A stretch of 64,000 nt of DNA from Eubacteriales bacterium (GTDB lineage Bacteria; Bacillota; Clostridia; Oscillospirales; CAG-272), in the NCBI GenBank assembly GCA_045634385.1, contig JAZRAE010000093.1:5086-69085 (forward strand). The letters run 5' to 3'. The stretch's first letter is position 1, and each line of letters starts with the position of its first letter. Positions 1 to 9,924 of the stretch are shown here, piece by piece. Both the position numbers and the translations under genes were made by a program. The notes under the pieces are model-generated. The model was given only the letters and a program-made list of their open reading frames with translations, was not told where the DNA came from and made no database searches.

Positions 1-1
1 C

Positions 2-538
2 CGTGAAGTATTTGATAAGACCGTTGATCTCATAAACGACTTCAAGGATTATTATACCAGACACAATCAGGTTATATATGAGAACCCCTCGCCAGGAAAT
101 AAGAAGGGCGGAATAACCACGCTTGAGGAAAAGTCTCTCGGTTGCGTACAAAAGGGCGGCTTATCACCGGTCGTTGACGTCTTGAACTATGGAGACGTGT
201 TAAAAAAGCCCGGTCTTTCTCTGCTTAACGGTCCCGGAAACGATATAGTAGCTATTACTAATCTTATGGCTGCAGGCGTACACATCATACTGTTTACAAC
301 AGGTAGAGGCACTCCGGTAGGAAGTGCTGTTCCGACGGTAAAAGTGTCCACTAACGCATCTCTTGCCAAGAGAAAGTCGGGCTGGATAGATTTTGATGCA
401 AGCCCCACACTTTCCGGTGATCCTCTCACCGATGAATTTTTCGATTACATAATCCAAGTAGCCGAGGGTGAAAAAACAAAGAACGAAATCAACGGATACA
501 AGGAAATTTCAATATTTAAGGACGGTGTAACACTATGA
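2..538 (+). CDS. uxaA: UxaA/GarD-family hydro-lyase (altronate dehydratase-like), C-terminal part; 5' end outside window
   Basis: Frame is open from base 2. Contains ...EEKSLGCVQKGG...FTTGRGTPVGSAVPTVKVSTN..., typical of the UxaA C-terminal domain. ATGA overlap with uxaC. Confidence 0.75.
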   Translation, partial: REVFDKTVDLINDFKDYYTRHNQVIYENPSPGNKKGGITTLEEKSLGCVQKGGLSPVVDVLNYGDVLKKPGLSLLNGPGNDIVAITNLMAAGVHIILFTTGRGTPVGSAVPTVKVSTNASLAKRKSGWIDFDASPTLSGDPLTDEFFDYIIQVAEGEKTKNEINGYKEISIFKDGVTL

Positions 539-1893
539 GTTTTATTAACGATAATTTCATGCTTAAAACCGAAACAGCAAGAAAGCTGTACGCAGCAGTA
601 AAGGATCTTCCCATAATCGATTATCATTGTCACCTCAGCCCCAAGCTTATCGCAGAGGATTACAAGTTTAGAAACGCTTTTGACCTCTTCCTCGGAGGAG
701 ACCACTACAAGTGGCGTCAGATGCGTACTAACGGTGTTGACGAGAAGTACATTACCGGTGACGCTGACGAATACGAGAAGTTCCTTGCCTTTGCAAAGAC
801 TATGCCCTATCTCATCGGAAATCCTCTTTATCACTGGACCCATCTCGAACTCAAGAGATACTTTGATATAGATGATATTCTCTCCGAAAAAACCTGCAAG
901 GCTATATGGGACAAGTGTAACGAATGTCTTTCCAAGCCGGAATACAGTGCTCAAAACCTTATAAAGAGATCCAACGTTGAGATAATCTGTACCACGGATG
1001 ATCCCATAGATACCCTGGAGCATCATGAAGCTCTCAAGAACTTCTCAACCAAGATCCTCCCCACCTTCCGTCCTGATAAGGCGGTCGAGATTGGCAAAGA
1101 GACCTTTATCCCTTATATTGAATCTATCGGCATTAAGTCGTACGACGAGCTCACAGCTTGGATGGTTTCGAGAATCAATTACTTTGATGCTCACGGTTGC
1201 CGTCTTTCTGACCACGCACTTGAATACGTCCCCTTTGCAATAGGTGATGCAAGGGCTGCTTTCGATAAGAGAATGGCCGGAGAAGAGCTCACCCGTGTAG
1301 AGATCGACGCATTCAAGACCGAGATGCTCAAGGTGTGTGCTAAGGAATATACACGTCTTGGTTGGACTATGCAGCTTCATATCGGCGCACTCAGAAACAA
1401 CAATAGAAGAATGTATGAGAAGCTTGGCGCTGACGTAGGCTTTGATTCAATTAACGATCTTTGCATTGCAGAATCTCTTTCCGCATTTATGGATAATCTT
1501 GAGTATGATGACTGTCTGCCAAAGACCATCCTCTACACTCTCAATCCCAAGGATAACTACGTGCTTGGCACAATGCTCGGCAACTTCCAAAAAGCACCTA
1601 CTCCCGGCAAGATTCAGTTCGGCTCGGGTTGGTGGTTCAACGATCAGAGAGACGGTATGGAGGCACAAATGCAGGCACTCGCAAACCTCGGAACGATCTC
1701 TCGCTTCGTAGGTATGCTTACCGACAGCCGCAGCTTTGTATCATATCCCCGTCACGAATACTTCAGACGTATTATGTGTAACCTCATAGGAAAATGGGTA
1801 GAGGACGGCGAGTATCCTATGGATATGGAAAGACTCACCGAGATTGTTTCGGGCATAGCTTACTACAACTCGAAGAACTACTTTAACTTCTGA
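535..1893 (+). CDS. uxaC: glucuronate (uronate) isomerase
   Basis: 452 aa. N-terminus FMLKTETARKLY...PIIDYHCHLSPKLIAEDYKFRN and HWTHLELKRYF closely match UxaC. Confidence 0.9.
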   Translation: MSFINDNFMLKTETARKLYAAVKDLPIIDYHCHLSPKLIAEDYKFRNAFDLFLGGDHYKWRQMRTNGVDEKYITGDADEYEKFLAFAKTMPYLIGNPLYHWTHLELKRYFDIDDILSEKTCKAIWDKCNECLSKPEYSAQNLIKRSNVEIICTTDDPIDTLEHHEALKNFSTKILPTFRPDKAVEIGKETFIPYIESIGIKSYDELTAWMVSRINYFDAHGCRLSDHALEYVPFAIGDARAAFDKRMAGEELTRVEIDAFKTEMLKVCAKEYTRLGWTMQLHIGALRNNNRRMYEKLGADVGFDSINDLCIAESLSAFMDNLEYDDCLPKTILYTLNPKDNYVLGTMLGNFQKAPTPGKIQFGSGWWFNDQRDGMEAQMQALANLGTISRFVGMLTDSRSFVSYPRHEYFRRIMCNLIGKWVEDGEYPMDMERLTEIVSGIAYYNSKNYFNF

Positions 1894-1931
1894 TAATTTG
1901 ATTTATACAGTATACAATCTATTTTGCACAC

Positions 1932-1962
1932 AAAAAGGCAAGGTTTAGAACCTTGCCTTTTT
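1932..1962. terminator. bidirectional rho-independent terminator between convergent uxaC and ABC ATPase genes
   Basis: AAAAA-GGCAAGGT-ttaga-ACCTTGCC-TTTTT. 8-bp GC-rich stem flanked by an A-run and a T-run. Confidence 0.75.
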
Positions 1963-1989
1963 CTTTATTTTGACTACATTAGTTGTCAA

Positions 1990-3075
1990 TTATCTTCCTA
2001 TATCCATTTCTGTTTCAGCATCGAATATGTAAACACTGCTGTAAGGAATAGAGAACTCGAAGTTACTATCCATTTTTGGTGCATTGTGGGGCTCAACCTT
2101 AAGAATCGCCTTATCCTCGCACATATTAATATAGACGTTTGTGTTATCTCCGAGAAGCTCGGTAAGCTCCACGTCAGCCTTCATAACGTAAGCATCGTCA
2201 AGAACGCCGGGATGTATAGCTTCAGGACGGAAACCAAATATAACCATCTTACCTTCAACCGATTGAAGCACCTCCGGTTTAAGCACCTTGTCAAGAGGAT
2301 AGTCGACACCGCCAATATTGACATTGCCGCCGGATACCATAGTCTCAATAAGGTTCATCGGAGGCTCACCAATGAAGCCGGCAACAAACGCATTCGCAGG
2401 CTCAAAGTAGAGCTGATAAGGTGTACCTATCTGTTGAATGTAGCCATCCTTCATAACAACTATTCTATCAGCCATAGTCATAGCCTCGGTCTGATCGTGT
2501 GTTACGTAGATGGTCGTCGCACCAACCTTGCGGTGGATATCGGTAATTTCCGAACGCATCGTTACTCTTTGCTTTGCATCGAGGTTGGAAAGCGGCTCGT
2601 CCATAAGGAAAATACCAACCTTACGGATTATTGCTCTACCTACCGCAACTCTCTGACGCTGACCGCCCGAAAGTGCTCTTGGCTTTCTGTCAAGATAGTC
2701 GGTAAGACCAAGTATTCTGGCAACGTTCTCTACCTTTTTTTCAATAATTTCCTCATCAACGCCCTGAAGCGAGAGGCCAAAGGCGAGATTATCATATACA
2801 GACATATGAGGATAAAGAGCATAGCTTTGGAATACCATCGCTACCTCTCTCTCTCGAGGGCCAATATCATTAACTCTCTTACCGTTAATATAGAAATCTC
2901 CCTTGCTGATATTTTCAAGACCTGCGATCATACGCAGAGTCGTAGACTTACCGCATCCTGACGGGCCTACGAAGACTATAAACTCCCCTTGTTCAATCTC
3001 AAGATTGAAATCGTGAACGGCGTGGAAGCCGTTGGGATAAATTTTGTTGATGTCTTTAAAAGAGAGGTGTGCCAT
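1990..3075 (-). CDS. sugar ABC transporter ATP-binding protein (MalK/MsmK/UgpC type)
   Basis: 361 aa. Walker A GPSGCGKST, signature LSGGQRQR, Walker B FLMDEPLSNLD, and a MalK-like C-terminal regulatory domain. Confidence 0.9.
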   Translation of the reverse strand: MAHLSFKDINKIYPNGFHAVHDFNLEIEQGEFIVFVGPSGCGKSTTLRMIAGLENISKGDFYINGKRVNDIGPREREVAMVFQSYALYPHMSVYDNLAFGLSLQGVDEEIIEKKVENVARILGLTDYLDRKPRALSGGQRQRVAVGRAIIRKVGIFLMDEPLSNLDAKQRVTMRSEITDIHRKVGATTIYVTHDQTEAMTMADRIVVMKDGYIQQIGTPYQLYFEPANAFVAGFIGEPPMNLIETMVSGGNVNIGGVDYPLDKVLKPEVLQSVEGKMVIFGFRPEAIHPGVLDDAYVMKADVELTELLGDNTNVYINMCEDKAILKVEPHNAPKMDSNFEFSIPYSSVYIFDAETEMDIGR

Positions 3076-3110
3076 ATATATGACTCCTTACCTAAAAATT
3101 CGTTTGTTTG

Positions 3111-3959
3111 TTAATCCTTGAGAAGCTTATTCATAATTTCTCTCAGATATTTCACCGACTCGGGTATATCCTCGCCTACCGTTCCCTCTAAAACAAGGGT
3201 AGCATCCTTATTATAAGAATATATCTCGGTGAGTATGCGTTCATAATCAAGTATACCCTTGCCTACCGCACACTGACAGAGCTTACCATCAGCCACGGTA
3301 AAATCCTTGATGTGATAAAGAAGAATATCCTTGCCGAACAGCTCGTGTCCTCTGTGAAGGATCGAATACGCTTCTTCATAATTCGAGATATCAAGGTAGT
3401 TATATAAATCAAAAATTACCTTTACGTTATCACGTCCTATATCGGATACAACGTCCGAAAGAACGTCGGGTGAATGGCAGACGTGGTTGAACGCACCTTC
3501 AATAGCAACAGAAGTGCCGTATCGTGTGGCGTAATCTGCAAGCAAGCGGAAGATTTCTGCCACCGTCTTCCTTGCTTCGTCGGTTCTGTTACTTGGATGA
3601 TATCCCCACGGGTCGCCCATAAATGAGCCTGTCTCCGAACCTACAAAACCGCAGGCTAAAGATCCGCAGAGAGAAAGATATTCTTTGAACATCTTAACAC
3701 CGTGATCCGCTTTTTCTTCATTCGGATGTACAGGATTGAAATATGCTCCGACAAGCGCAACCTTCTTTCCCGCTTCCGTTAGTGTTTTTGCTATCTGCTT
3801 TGCCCTGTCTTCAGTCAGGCTTCCCTCGGAATATGATACGCCGTCAATCGATTTATAAGCAACGAGCTGTATTCCGTCAAGATCCCATTCGCAAAGCTTC
3901 TTTACAATATTATCCTCGCCCTTGACACCAAGATCATGAGCGCGTATCATCAGTTTCAT
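3111..3959 (-). CDS. sugar phosphate isomerase/epimerase (xylose isomerase-like TIM barrel)
   Basis: About 282 aa from MKLMIRAHDLG. The ATG overlaps the upstream stop (ATGA). Family assignment is by overall pattern only. Confidence 0.55.
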   Translation of the reverse strand: MKLMIRAHDLGVKGEDNIVKKLCEWDLDGIQLVAYKSIDGVSYSEGSLTEDRAKQIAKTLTEAGKKVALVGAYFNPVHPNEEKADHGVKMFKEYLSLCGSLACGFVGSETGSFMGDPWGYHPSNRTDEARKTVAEIFRLLADYATRYGTSVAIEGAFNHVCHSPDVLSDVVSDIGRDNVKVIFDLYNYLDISNYEEAYSILHRGHELFGKDILLYHIKDFTVADGKLCQCAVGKGILDYERILTEIYSYNKDATLVLEGTVGEDIPESVKYLREIMNKLLKD

Positions 3960-5086
3960 ATAACTCGTCCTCCGAGAATTTCCGTGTAGCAAAGCACGAA
4001 GGGAGCAACACCCTTTGCATCATTCTCCACCACAGGCTCGGATATATAGTATTCATAAGAGCCGTCACGTCTTGTGTTATTTTCGGGACCAAGACCTGCA
4101 ACAAGACATATTCCTCCAAGGTTGAGCTTTCCATCAGCATCAAAGCCGAGATATCTCTTGCAAATACCGTCAAAGGTTTCTTTACCAAGCTCTCGGTAGC
4201 TTGAGTCAAGCACGCCAAGTCTTGCGCCCTTCATCATAGCGTAAGCAATCATACTCGATCCGCTTGTCTCAAGATAGTTGCCCTCACGCCCCTGAATATT
4301 AACAACTTGGTAGTACATTCCGCTCTCGGAGTCACGATATTTTAACACGCCCTCCATCAACTCACGGAAAATCTCACCGATCTCGTACCTTGCCTCACCG
4401 TCTAAAATCTCAATAATATCGATCATAGCAACGGTGAACCAACCTATTGCACGAAGCCAAAAGTTCTTTGAAAGGCCGGTTTCCTTGTCCGCCCAGAATA
4501 TAGAGTGCGAGCAGTCAAGACCGTGGTAATAAAGTCCCGCCTCCTCATCGAACATATATTTGCGAACGTTCTTTATTTGCATTACAACATCGGAAAAATC
4601 TCCATTGCCAAAGGCTTTTGCATACTTAGCGGAGAACACCTGCGCCATATACACTCCGTCAAGCCAAATCTGATTCGGGTATATGAGCTTGTGCCAGAAG
4701 TTGCCTGTCACAGTTCTCGGCTGTGAATCAAGCTGCTCTTTTTGCTTTTCTATGGCAAGGCGATATTTTTCCTTCCCCGTCTTTTCGTAAAGCTCAAACA
4801 AAACTCTTCCCTCGTTGACGTCATCGAGGTTATATTTTTCCTTGTCGTAGCCGAGTATCGAGCCGTCGTCACCAACATAATAGTCAATAAATCGCTCGGA
4901 AAACTCAAAATACTTTTTCTCACCTTTTATGGCTGCAATCTCCATAAGTGCAGTTATCATACAGCCATCTATGTAATTCCAATGAGGCTTCTTTCCCTGC
5001 CTTATACTCTCAATATTCCATATCGGCATATCGGGAGTAGAGTCCTCTATCAGCCTATCAATGTAGGCGTCAATCTTCTTGTACAT
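3956..5086 (-). CDS. GH105 unsaturated rhamnogalacturonyl/galacturonyl hydrolase (YteR/YesR-like)
   Basis: Start MYKKIDAY with a GGAGG RBS 9 nt upstream. Alpha/alpha-barrel pattern (HWNYIDGCM, WLDGVYM, ISEPVVENDAKGV). No signal peptide. Confidence 0.7.
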   Translation of the reverse strand: MYKKIDAYIDRLIEDSTPDMPIWNIESIRQGKKPHWNYIDGCMITALMEIAAIKGEKKYFEFSERFIDYYVGDDGSILGYDKEKYNLDDVNEGRVLFELYEKTGKEKYRLAIEKQKEQLDSQPRTVTGNFWHKLIYPNQIWLDGVYMAQVFSAKYAKAFGNGDFSDVVMQIKNVRKYMFDEEAGLYYHGLDCSHSIFWADKETGLSKNFWLRAIGWFTVAMIDIIEILDGEARYEIGEIFRELMEGVLKYRDSESGMYYQVVNIQGREGNYLETSGSSMIAYAMMKGARLGVLDSSYRELGKETFDGICKRYLGFDADGKLNLGGICLVAGLGPENNTRRDGSYEYYISEPVVENDAKGVAPFVLCYTEILGGRVI

Positions 5087-5188
5087 TACTAAAAACCTCC
5101 ACACGGGTAGGGGTGTACGTTATAAACATCGCTCTTACCTACCTTCACCGTGACTTTGCTCACGGCTATAGGCATCAAGCTGCTCTTG

Positions 5189-6748
5189 TCAGCTGAAGCT
5201 GTTGTTCTCCTCGGTTATCTTGCCAACGTGCTGCGCTATAAGAGATTCACCGCATGCACCGTTAACCTCAACATTTCTCACGGTAAGCTCACTCACGTTG
5301 TCAAAGTACATACCGACTCGCAAAAACGGCTCCATAAACTCACGCATAGCGGGTTTCGCAGGCTTTGCGTTCTCTGAATAGGTGAAGCGCACGTTCTCTA
5401 CCGTTACGCTCTCAATAGGACGCTCGGGTAGGCCGTCTATATAACAGGCAGCCGCCTCACAATCCTCACAAATCATATTCCTGAAGGTGAATTTACCAAG
5501 TCGTGGGGTACGATCATCAATTGGCAGATGTTCCCTCGACCATACGTACTCGCTGTTACGATCGGGATCGCAGCAGTTGTACCACATATTTATTACAATG
5601 GGGGTAATTACTCCCTCCATTTTGAGATTTTCGAATACCACGCCGTCAATTACGGCATCCTTACCTCTGCCCCTGCGAGTCTTGATCCGGAGACCTCTGT
5701 CGGTCTGTCTGAACACACAGCGGTTTACCGTAAGGTTCGTTACACCGCCCGCCATCTCACTTCCGAGAGTAACCGCGCCGTGCCCAAACTGCATCAGGCA
5801 GTTTCTTATCGTATGGCGGTTAGCGGGTGTCTTGAATCTTCTGCCTATGTCAATCTTTCCCGACTTGATGGCTATACAGTCATCGCCCACCGAGAAACGG
5901 CATCCGATTATATTTACTACGTCACACGCCTCGGGGTCTATCGCGTCCGTGTTGGGACTGTCCTTGGGTGCGCGTATATCAAGATCAATAAAATCAACGT
6001 TCTTTGAGAAGTAAGGGTGTAGCTGCCAGGAAGCAGAGTTCTCAGCAATAATGCCATGCACACTTATTCCGTCACAACGGTTAAAGAACAGAAGTCTCGG
6101 TCTGCCGATGGGGTAGCTCTTAACGTCTATCCACCATCCTGCATTTTGCGCATTTCCGTCAACACGCCCCGGACCTATTATCGTAATATCATCTGCATAC
6201 TCGGCAAAAATCAAAGCCTGATGCATATTTACAGCGTTTCCTTCCCACGTGCCGAAATGAATCGTATCTCCGCCGTCAAGGTCGGAAAGCTCACCGGGAA
6301 CTACCGGGTATTTGGATTTATCCGTACTTCCGAGCAGCACCGCTCCTTCTCTAAGCTCAAGTGTCATATGACTCTTTAGGCACAGGGGTGCGGTAAGGTA
6401 AACGCCCTCATCAAGCACGAGTCTTGCCCCTTTAGGCAAACAGTTTATCGCTGTCTGAAGTGCTACGGTATCATCGGTCGTACCGTCACCCTTAGCACCG
6501 AAATCACGCGCCAAAACGGCACAAGTCTCACCCCGTGTAGAGAAAATAAACTCTCCCTCGAGTTTATCCGAGGTCAGAACATATTCCGTAGATGGGGTAA
6601 GTCCGAACAAGGAGAACACGTTGGTGTTTCCCTTGTATGCTTCTTTGCCGTTAATATATACCGTGTACTCACCCTCGGTGTAATACGAGAGGTCATTCTG
6701 CCACTCAAACGCCGCCGAAGATGAAGACACAAATAGTAATTCAAGCAT
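5189..6748 (-). CDS. GH28 exo-polygalacturonase with N-terminal FN3-like domain
   Basis: GAKGDGTTDDTVALQTAI pectate-lyase-fold start, NTDAIDPE, GDDCIAIKSG, GHGAVTLGSE and RIKT motifs of GH28. No signal peptide. Start MLELLF with a GGAG RBS. Confidence 0.8.
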   Translation of the reverse strand: MLELLFVSSSSAAFEWQNDLSYYTEGEYTVYINGKEAYKGNTNVFSLFGLTPSTEYVLTSDKLEGEFIFSTRGETCAVLARDFGAKGDGTTDDTVALQTAINCLPKGARLVLDEGVYLTAPLCLKSHMTLELREGAVLLGSTDKSKYPVVPGELSDLDGGDTIHFGTWEGNAVNMHQALIFAEYADDITIIGPGRVDGNAQNAGWWIDVKSYPIGRPRLLFFNRCDGISVHGIIAENSASWQLHPYFSKNVDFIDLDIRAPKDSPNTDAIDPEACDVVNIIGCRFSVGDDCIAIKSGKIDIGRRFKTPANRHTIRNCLMQFGHGAVTLGSEMAGGVTNLTVNRCVFRQTDRGLRIKTRRGRGKDAVIDGVVFENLKMEGVITPIVINMWYNCCDPDRNSEYVWSREHLPIDDRTPRLGKFTFRNMICEDCEAAACYIDGLPERPIESVTVENVRFTYSENAKPAKPAMREFMEPFLRVGMYFDNVSELTVRNVEVNGACGESLIAQHVGKITEENNSFS

Positions 6749-6750
6749 TT

Positions 6751-7395
6751 TTATACTCCGTTTTTGTTTTTCGCATCCCTTATCATCGAGATGCAAAGGT
6801 TTTTCATACCGATAAAAACAAGATCAAAGGCTACATAGAAGAGTCCGAAGAGTATGGGCTCAACGCCTATGTACACCATATCAGCAGTACCAAGCATAGC
6901 GTTAAGCACGCCGTTGACGGTATTATAGAACCAAACAACGATCATAAGCACCGCAAAAGAGTAAATTACGTTTAAAAACAAATTAACAAGCTTCTTTTTC
7001 GGGAACATCATCCACTTGTCGTTCGCCCCCTCTACCGCCGCGAAAAAGCGGAAGGCGTTGTTGACGAGAATATCCGTCACCAAACCAAGCACGAAAGCAA
7101 GAATCAGAAGCATATTTTCAAAATTTGTTATGAATAATCCAAGTCCCCAAAGGACGAAATAGCACACCGCACCGTTAAACCAAAACTTCATAAACACCGC
7201 TTTTACCCACGCGGGGAGCTTATCAATAAAGTTGTTTGAACGATATTTTTTACCAGGATCAATGCCAAGAGGCTCAAGAGGTTTATGGCTATGAGCGTTA
7301 ACAAGCCTATCGACCGCTTCGCTTTTCAGCTCATAGTGGTTCGTGCTTTCTTCTCTTGCTTCGCCCCCGGGGTGTTTCTTTTGTTTTTTTGACAT
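6751..7395 (-). CDS. uncharacterised membrane protein (60-aa basic cytoplasmic head plus about 4 TM)
   Basis: 214 aa. Hydrophobic segments are visible and I recognise no motif. 2 nt from the GH28 start and 5 nt from the upstream ORF. Confidence 0.5.
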   Translation of the reverse strand: MSKKQKKHPGGEAREESTNHYELKSEAVDRLVNAHSHKPLEPLGIDPGKKYRSNNFIDKLPAWVKAVFMKFWFNGAVCYFVLWGLGLFITNFENMLLILAFVLGLVTDILVNNAFRFFAAVEGANDKWMMFPKKKLVNLFLNVIYSFAVLMIVVWFYNTVNGVLNAMLGTADMVYIGVEPILFGLFYVAFDLVFIGMKNLCISMIRDAKNKNGV

Positions 7396-7400
7396 CAGTA

Positions 7401-7979
7401 TCAGTCCTCTCCGGAAATATCAATCTCTTCTATTTCACCGTTATCCTCAACGTCAATAGAAGTGTTGACCTTCTTAAGAAGCTTTGCAAACAGAGGCTCT
7501 AAAATTACAGTAACTGCAGTCAAAGACATCATTACTATATGTACAATCAAAGCGTTCTGCGCCTCAATTATAAAATAGTTCTTTAACGTAATCTTGATTG
7601 CATCGGCATCATTGTAAACGCCGTTGAATACCTTTACACAATAGATTGCATCTGCTGTAATGATCACCGCAAAGAGGAATAGCATAAGAGCAATCATAAT
7701 CTTGTTTGGTTTTTGTCTCTTTGGAAATGCGTTAAGCATACAAACCATAGAGAGTATGGATAAGAGCATAGATATGAATGCGCAAAGACCCATTCCCATC
7801 TTGTTCATCGTTGCAGTCGTGTTGGATATCTTTGTCAGATTCAACGAAAGAATAACGAATGAAATGAGAAGCATAGCAAGGGGGATATAGTTGGGATTAC
7901 GCTTCAAGGTAACCATAAACTTACGTGCGCTCTCTTTTATGTAAGCCCATATTTTTGAGAAAAATGTTTTCTTTTCCAT
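7401..7979 (-). CDS. uncharacterised 4-TM membrane protein with acidic C-terminal tail
   Basis: 192 aa. Four hydrophobic segments, a basic loop FPKRQKPNK after TM2, and the tail DVEDNGEIEEIDISGED. Confidence 0.5.
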   Translation of the reverse strand: MEKKTFFSKIWAYIKESARKFMVTLKRNPNYIPLAMLLISFVILSLNLTKISNTTATMNKMGMGLCAFISMLLSILSMVCMLNAFPKRQKPNKIMIALMLFLFAVIITADAIYCVKVFNGVYNDADAIKITLKNYFIIEAQNALIVHIVMMSLTAVTVILEPLFAKLLKKVNTSIDVEDNGEIEEIDISGED

Positions 7980-8013
7980 CTTACCGTTCCTTAATATTTG
8001 AATAGGTATATGT

Positions 8014-9078
8014 CTATCTTATTGCGTTGGTTGTTTCCTTATCGAAGAAATGCACTCTGTTGAACGAGAAGACTTCACGATCTCCCTTCTTGTAGTTGCA
8101 CCACTCACGCACCTTTGCCGTTGCTTTATGGCCGCCTACCGTACCGTGTACGAGAGTGTTCTGTCCGAGGTTCTCGTTAAGGGTAATATCCATCTCAAGA
8201 TATCCGTCCTTGTCGGGAATAATATTTTCGGGACGAACACCGAGAGTAACCGTCTTGCCCTGATAATTAGAAAGAATTTCGCATTCGCTATCCGAGAGAG
8301 GATACTTAAAGCCTTGGCAAACTATTGCGCCATTCTCTACAACACCGTCAAACATATTCATAGGAGGCAATCCTATGAAACTCGCAACAAAGATGTTGGC
8401 GGGATTATCATAAAGCTCAAGAGGTGTTCCTACCTGCTGAACGTAACCCATCGACATGCATACGATTCTGTCAGCGAGTGTCAGAGCCTCGGTCTGATCG
8501 TGCGTTACGTAAAGCATAGTCGCACCGAGTCTCTTGTGTAAAAGGAGTATCTCTCGTCTTGTCGCACCTCTGAGCTTCGCATCAAGGTTGGAAAGAGGCT
8601 CGTCAAAGAGGAATACCTTAGGTTTTCTTACTATTGCTCTGCCCATTGCAACTCTCTGACGCTGTCCGCCCGAAAGCTGTCTCGGTTTTTTATTCAGCTG
8701 ATCTGTAAGTCCAAGTATCTCTGCCGCGGCAAGCACCTTTTCGTGTATTACGTTAGGGTCTTCCTTGCGGAGAGTGAGGGAAAATGCCATATTCTCATAG
8801 ACAGTCATATGAGCGTACAGAGCATAGTTTTGGAATACCATCGTTATATCTCTGTCCTTTGCAGGCATTTGAGTAACATCATTGCCATCTATGATCAGAT
8901 TGCCAGAGGTAATATCTTCAAGTCCCGCAACCATACGGAGCGTGGTAGATTTACCGCATCCCGACGGGCCAACGAGAACTATCAATTCTCCGTCCTCAAC
9001 GTCAAGATTAAAATCAAAGACCGCCTGAACGTTATTGTCGTATATTTTGTTTAAGTTTTTTAGACTTATCGAAGCCAT
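8014..9078 (-). CDS. second sugar ABC transporter ATP-binding protein (MalK/MsmK type)
   Basis: GPSGCGKST, LSGGQRQR, FLFDEPLSNLD. Start chosen at MASISLKNL; the GTG at 9111 is an alternative. Confidence 0.9.
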   Translation of the reverse strand: MASISLKNLNKIYDNNVQAVFDFNLDVEDGELIVLVGPSGCGKSTTLRMVAGLEDITSGNLIIDGNDVTQMPAKDRDITMVFQNYALYAHMTVYENMAFSLTLRKEDPNVIHEKVLAAAEILGLTDQLNKKPRQLSGGQRQRVAMGRAIVRKPKVFLFDEPLSNLDAKLRGATRREILLLHKRLGATMLYVTHDQTEALTLADRIVCMSMGYVQQVGTPLELYDNPANIFVASFIGLPPMNMFDGVVENGAIVCQGFKYPLSDSECEILSNYQGKTVTLGVRPENIIPDKDGYLEMDITLNENLGQNTLVHGTVGGHKATAKVREWCNYKKGDREVFSFNRVHFFDKETTNAIR

Positions 9079-9154
9079 ACTTAATACGCCTTTCTTTGTA
9101 CTTTGCGACACGCAATCTCAAAAAAGAACACGTATCACCTTGTCTTTTTTATCT

Positions 9155-9176
9155 AAAAATCGACACGGGTGCCGAC
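9155..9176 (-). terminator. weak intra-operon terminator/attenuator-like hairpin
   Basis: On the minus strand: TCGGCAC-cc-GTGTCGA followed by TTTTT. Lies between the 242-aa membrane ORF and the ATPase gene. Confidence 0.4.
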
Positions 9177-9192
9177 TTTCACCTTTTTTGTT

Positions 9193-9921
9193 TTAATCTG
9201 TTACTGTGTTTTCAGCAAGCTGTTTGCTGTATCCTTCAAGAACCTTTGTCTTATATATGCCGATTATACCGGATGCAATGCAAGAGATAGCGGAAAGGAT
9301 AAGGCATATAACAACCCATGTAAACTGACCGTTTGACATTGCAAGCACCTTCTCAGCACCAATGCTAACGAGTGTAGAGTGGGCTTTCATAGGAATATAG
9401 AATATACGTCCTATCTGCAAAGTACCAACAACGATAAGCAGAATTGCATATCCAAGTTTGTAGCTCTTCACGCCCTCGGAAGAGAGGAAGGTGCAAAGAA
9501 GGAACAGAAGGTTGTATATAACGGATAATCCGATTATATAAGTATAGAAGTAATTACCTACGTCAGAAGAATAAACGCTAATGAAATAAAGAGCGTCAAA
9601 GGCTATACCGAGCAAAGCGAGGGTTGAAGAAAGCTTATTCTTTGCATAACGAAGTCTATCCTTCTTTATTTCATTTCCTTCCCCACCGTAAGGGTGAAGA
9701 AGTCGGCAAGTCTCGTGCCAAAGCCATACAGGATAGCTACCGGTGTTGCCAATATATCTTGACCATAACCATAAAGCGGTAAACAAAAGTGCAACTGTTT
9801 CAATTGCAGAAACACAAATAAGTGCGCCTTTTCCATTTGCTATGGAAATGATCATACATATGAGTGCCAAAGCGCACAAAGAGAGCTCGGAAATAAAGCC
9901 CGCAAAATACTTTTTCTTCAT
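9193..9921 (-). CDS. uncharacterised polytopic membrane protein (about 6 TM)
   Basis: 242 aa, strongly hydrophobic, with no recognisable motif. 3-nt gap to the upstream ORF. Confidence 0.5.
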   Translation of the reverse strand: MKKKYFAGFISELSLCALALICMIISIANGKGALICVSAIETVALLFTALWLWSRYIGNTGSYPVWLWHETCRLLHPYGGEGNEIKKDRLRYAKNKLSSTLALLGIAFDALYFISVYSSDVGNYFYTYIIGLSVIYNLLFLLCTFLSSEGVKSYKLGYAILLIVVGTLQIGRIFYIPMKAHSTLVSIGAEKVLAMSNGQFTWVVICLILSAISCIASGIIGIYKTKVLEGYSKQLAENTVTD

Positions 9922-9924
9922 ACG

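Noticed and set aside
1924-2961. 345-aa plus-strand ORF
   Set aside because: It is codon-aligned antisense to the ABC ATPase gene, whose Walker A, signature and Walker B motifs are unambiguous.
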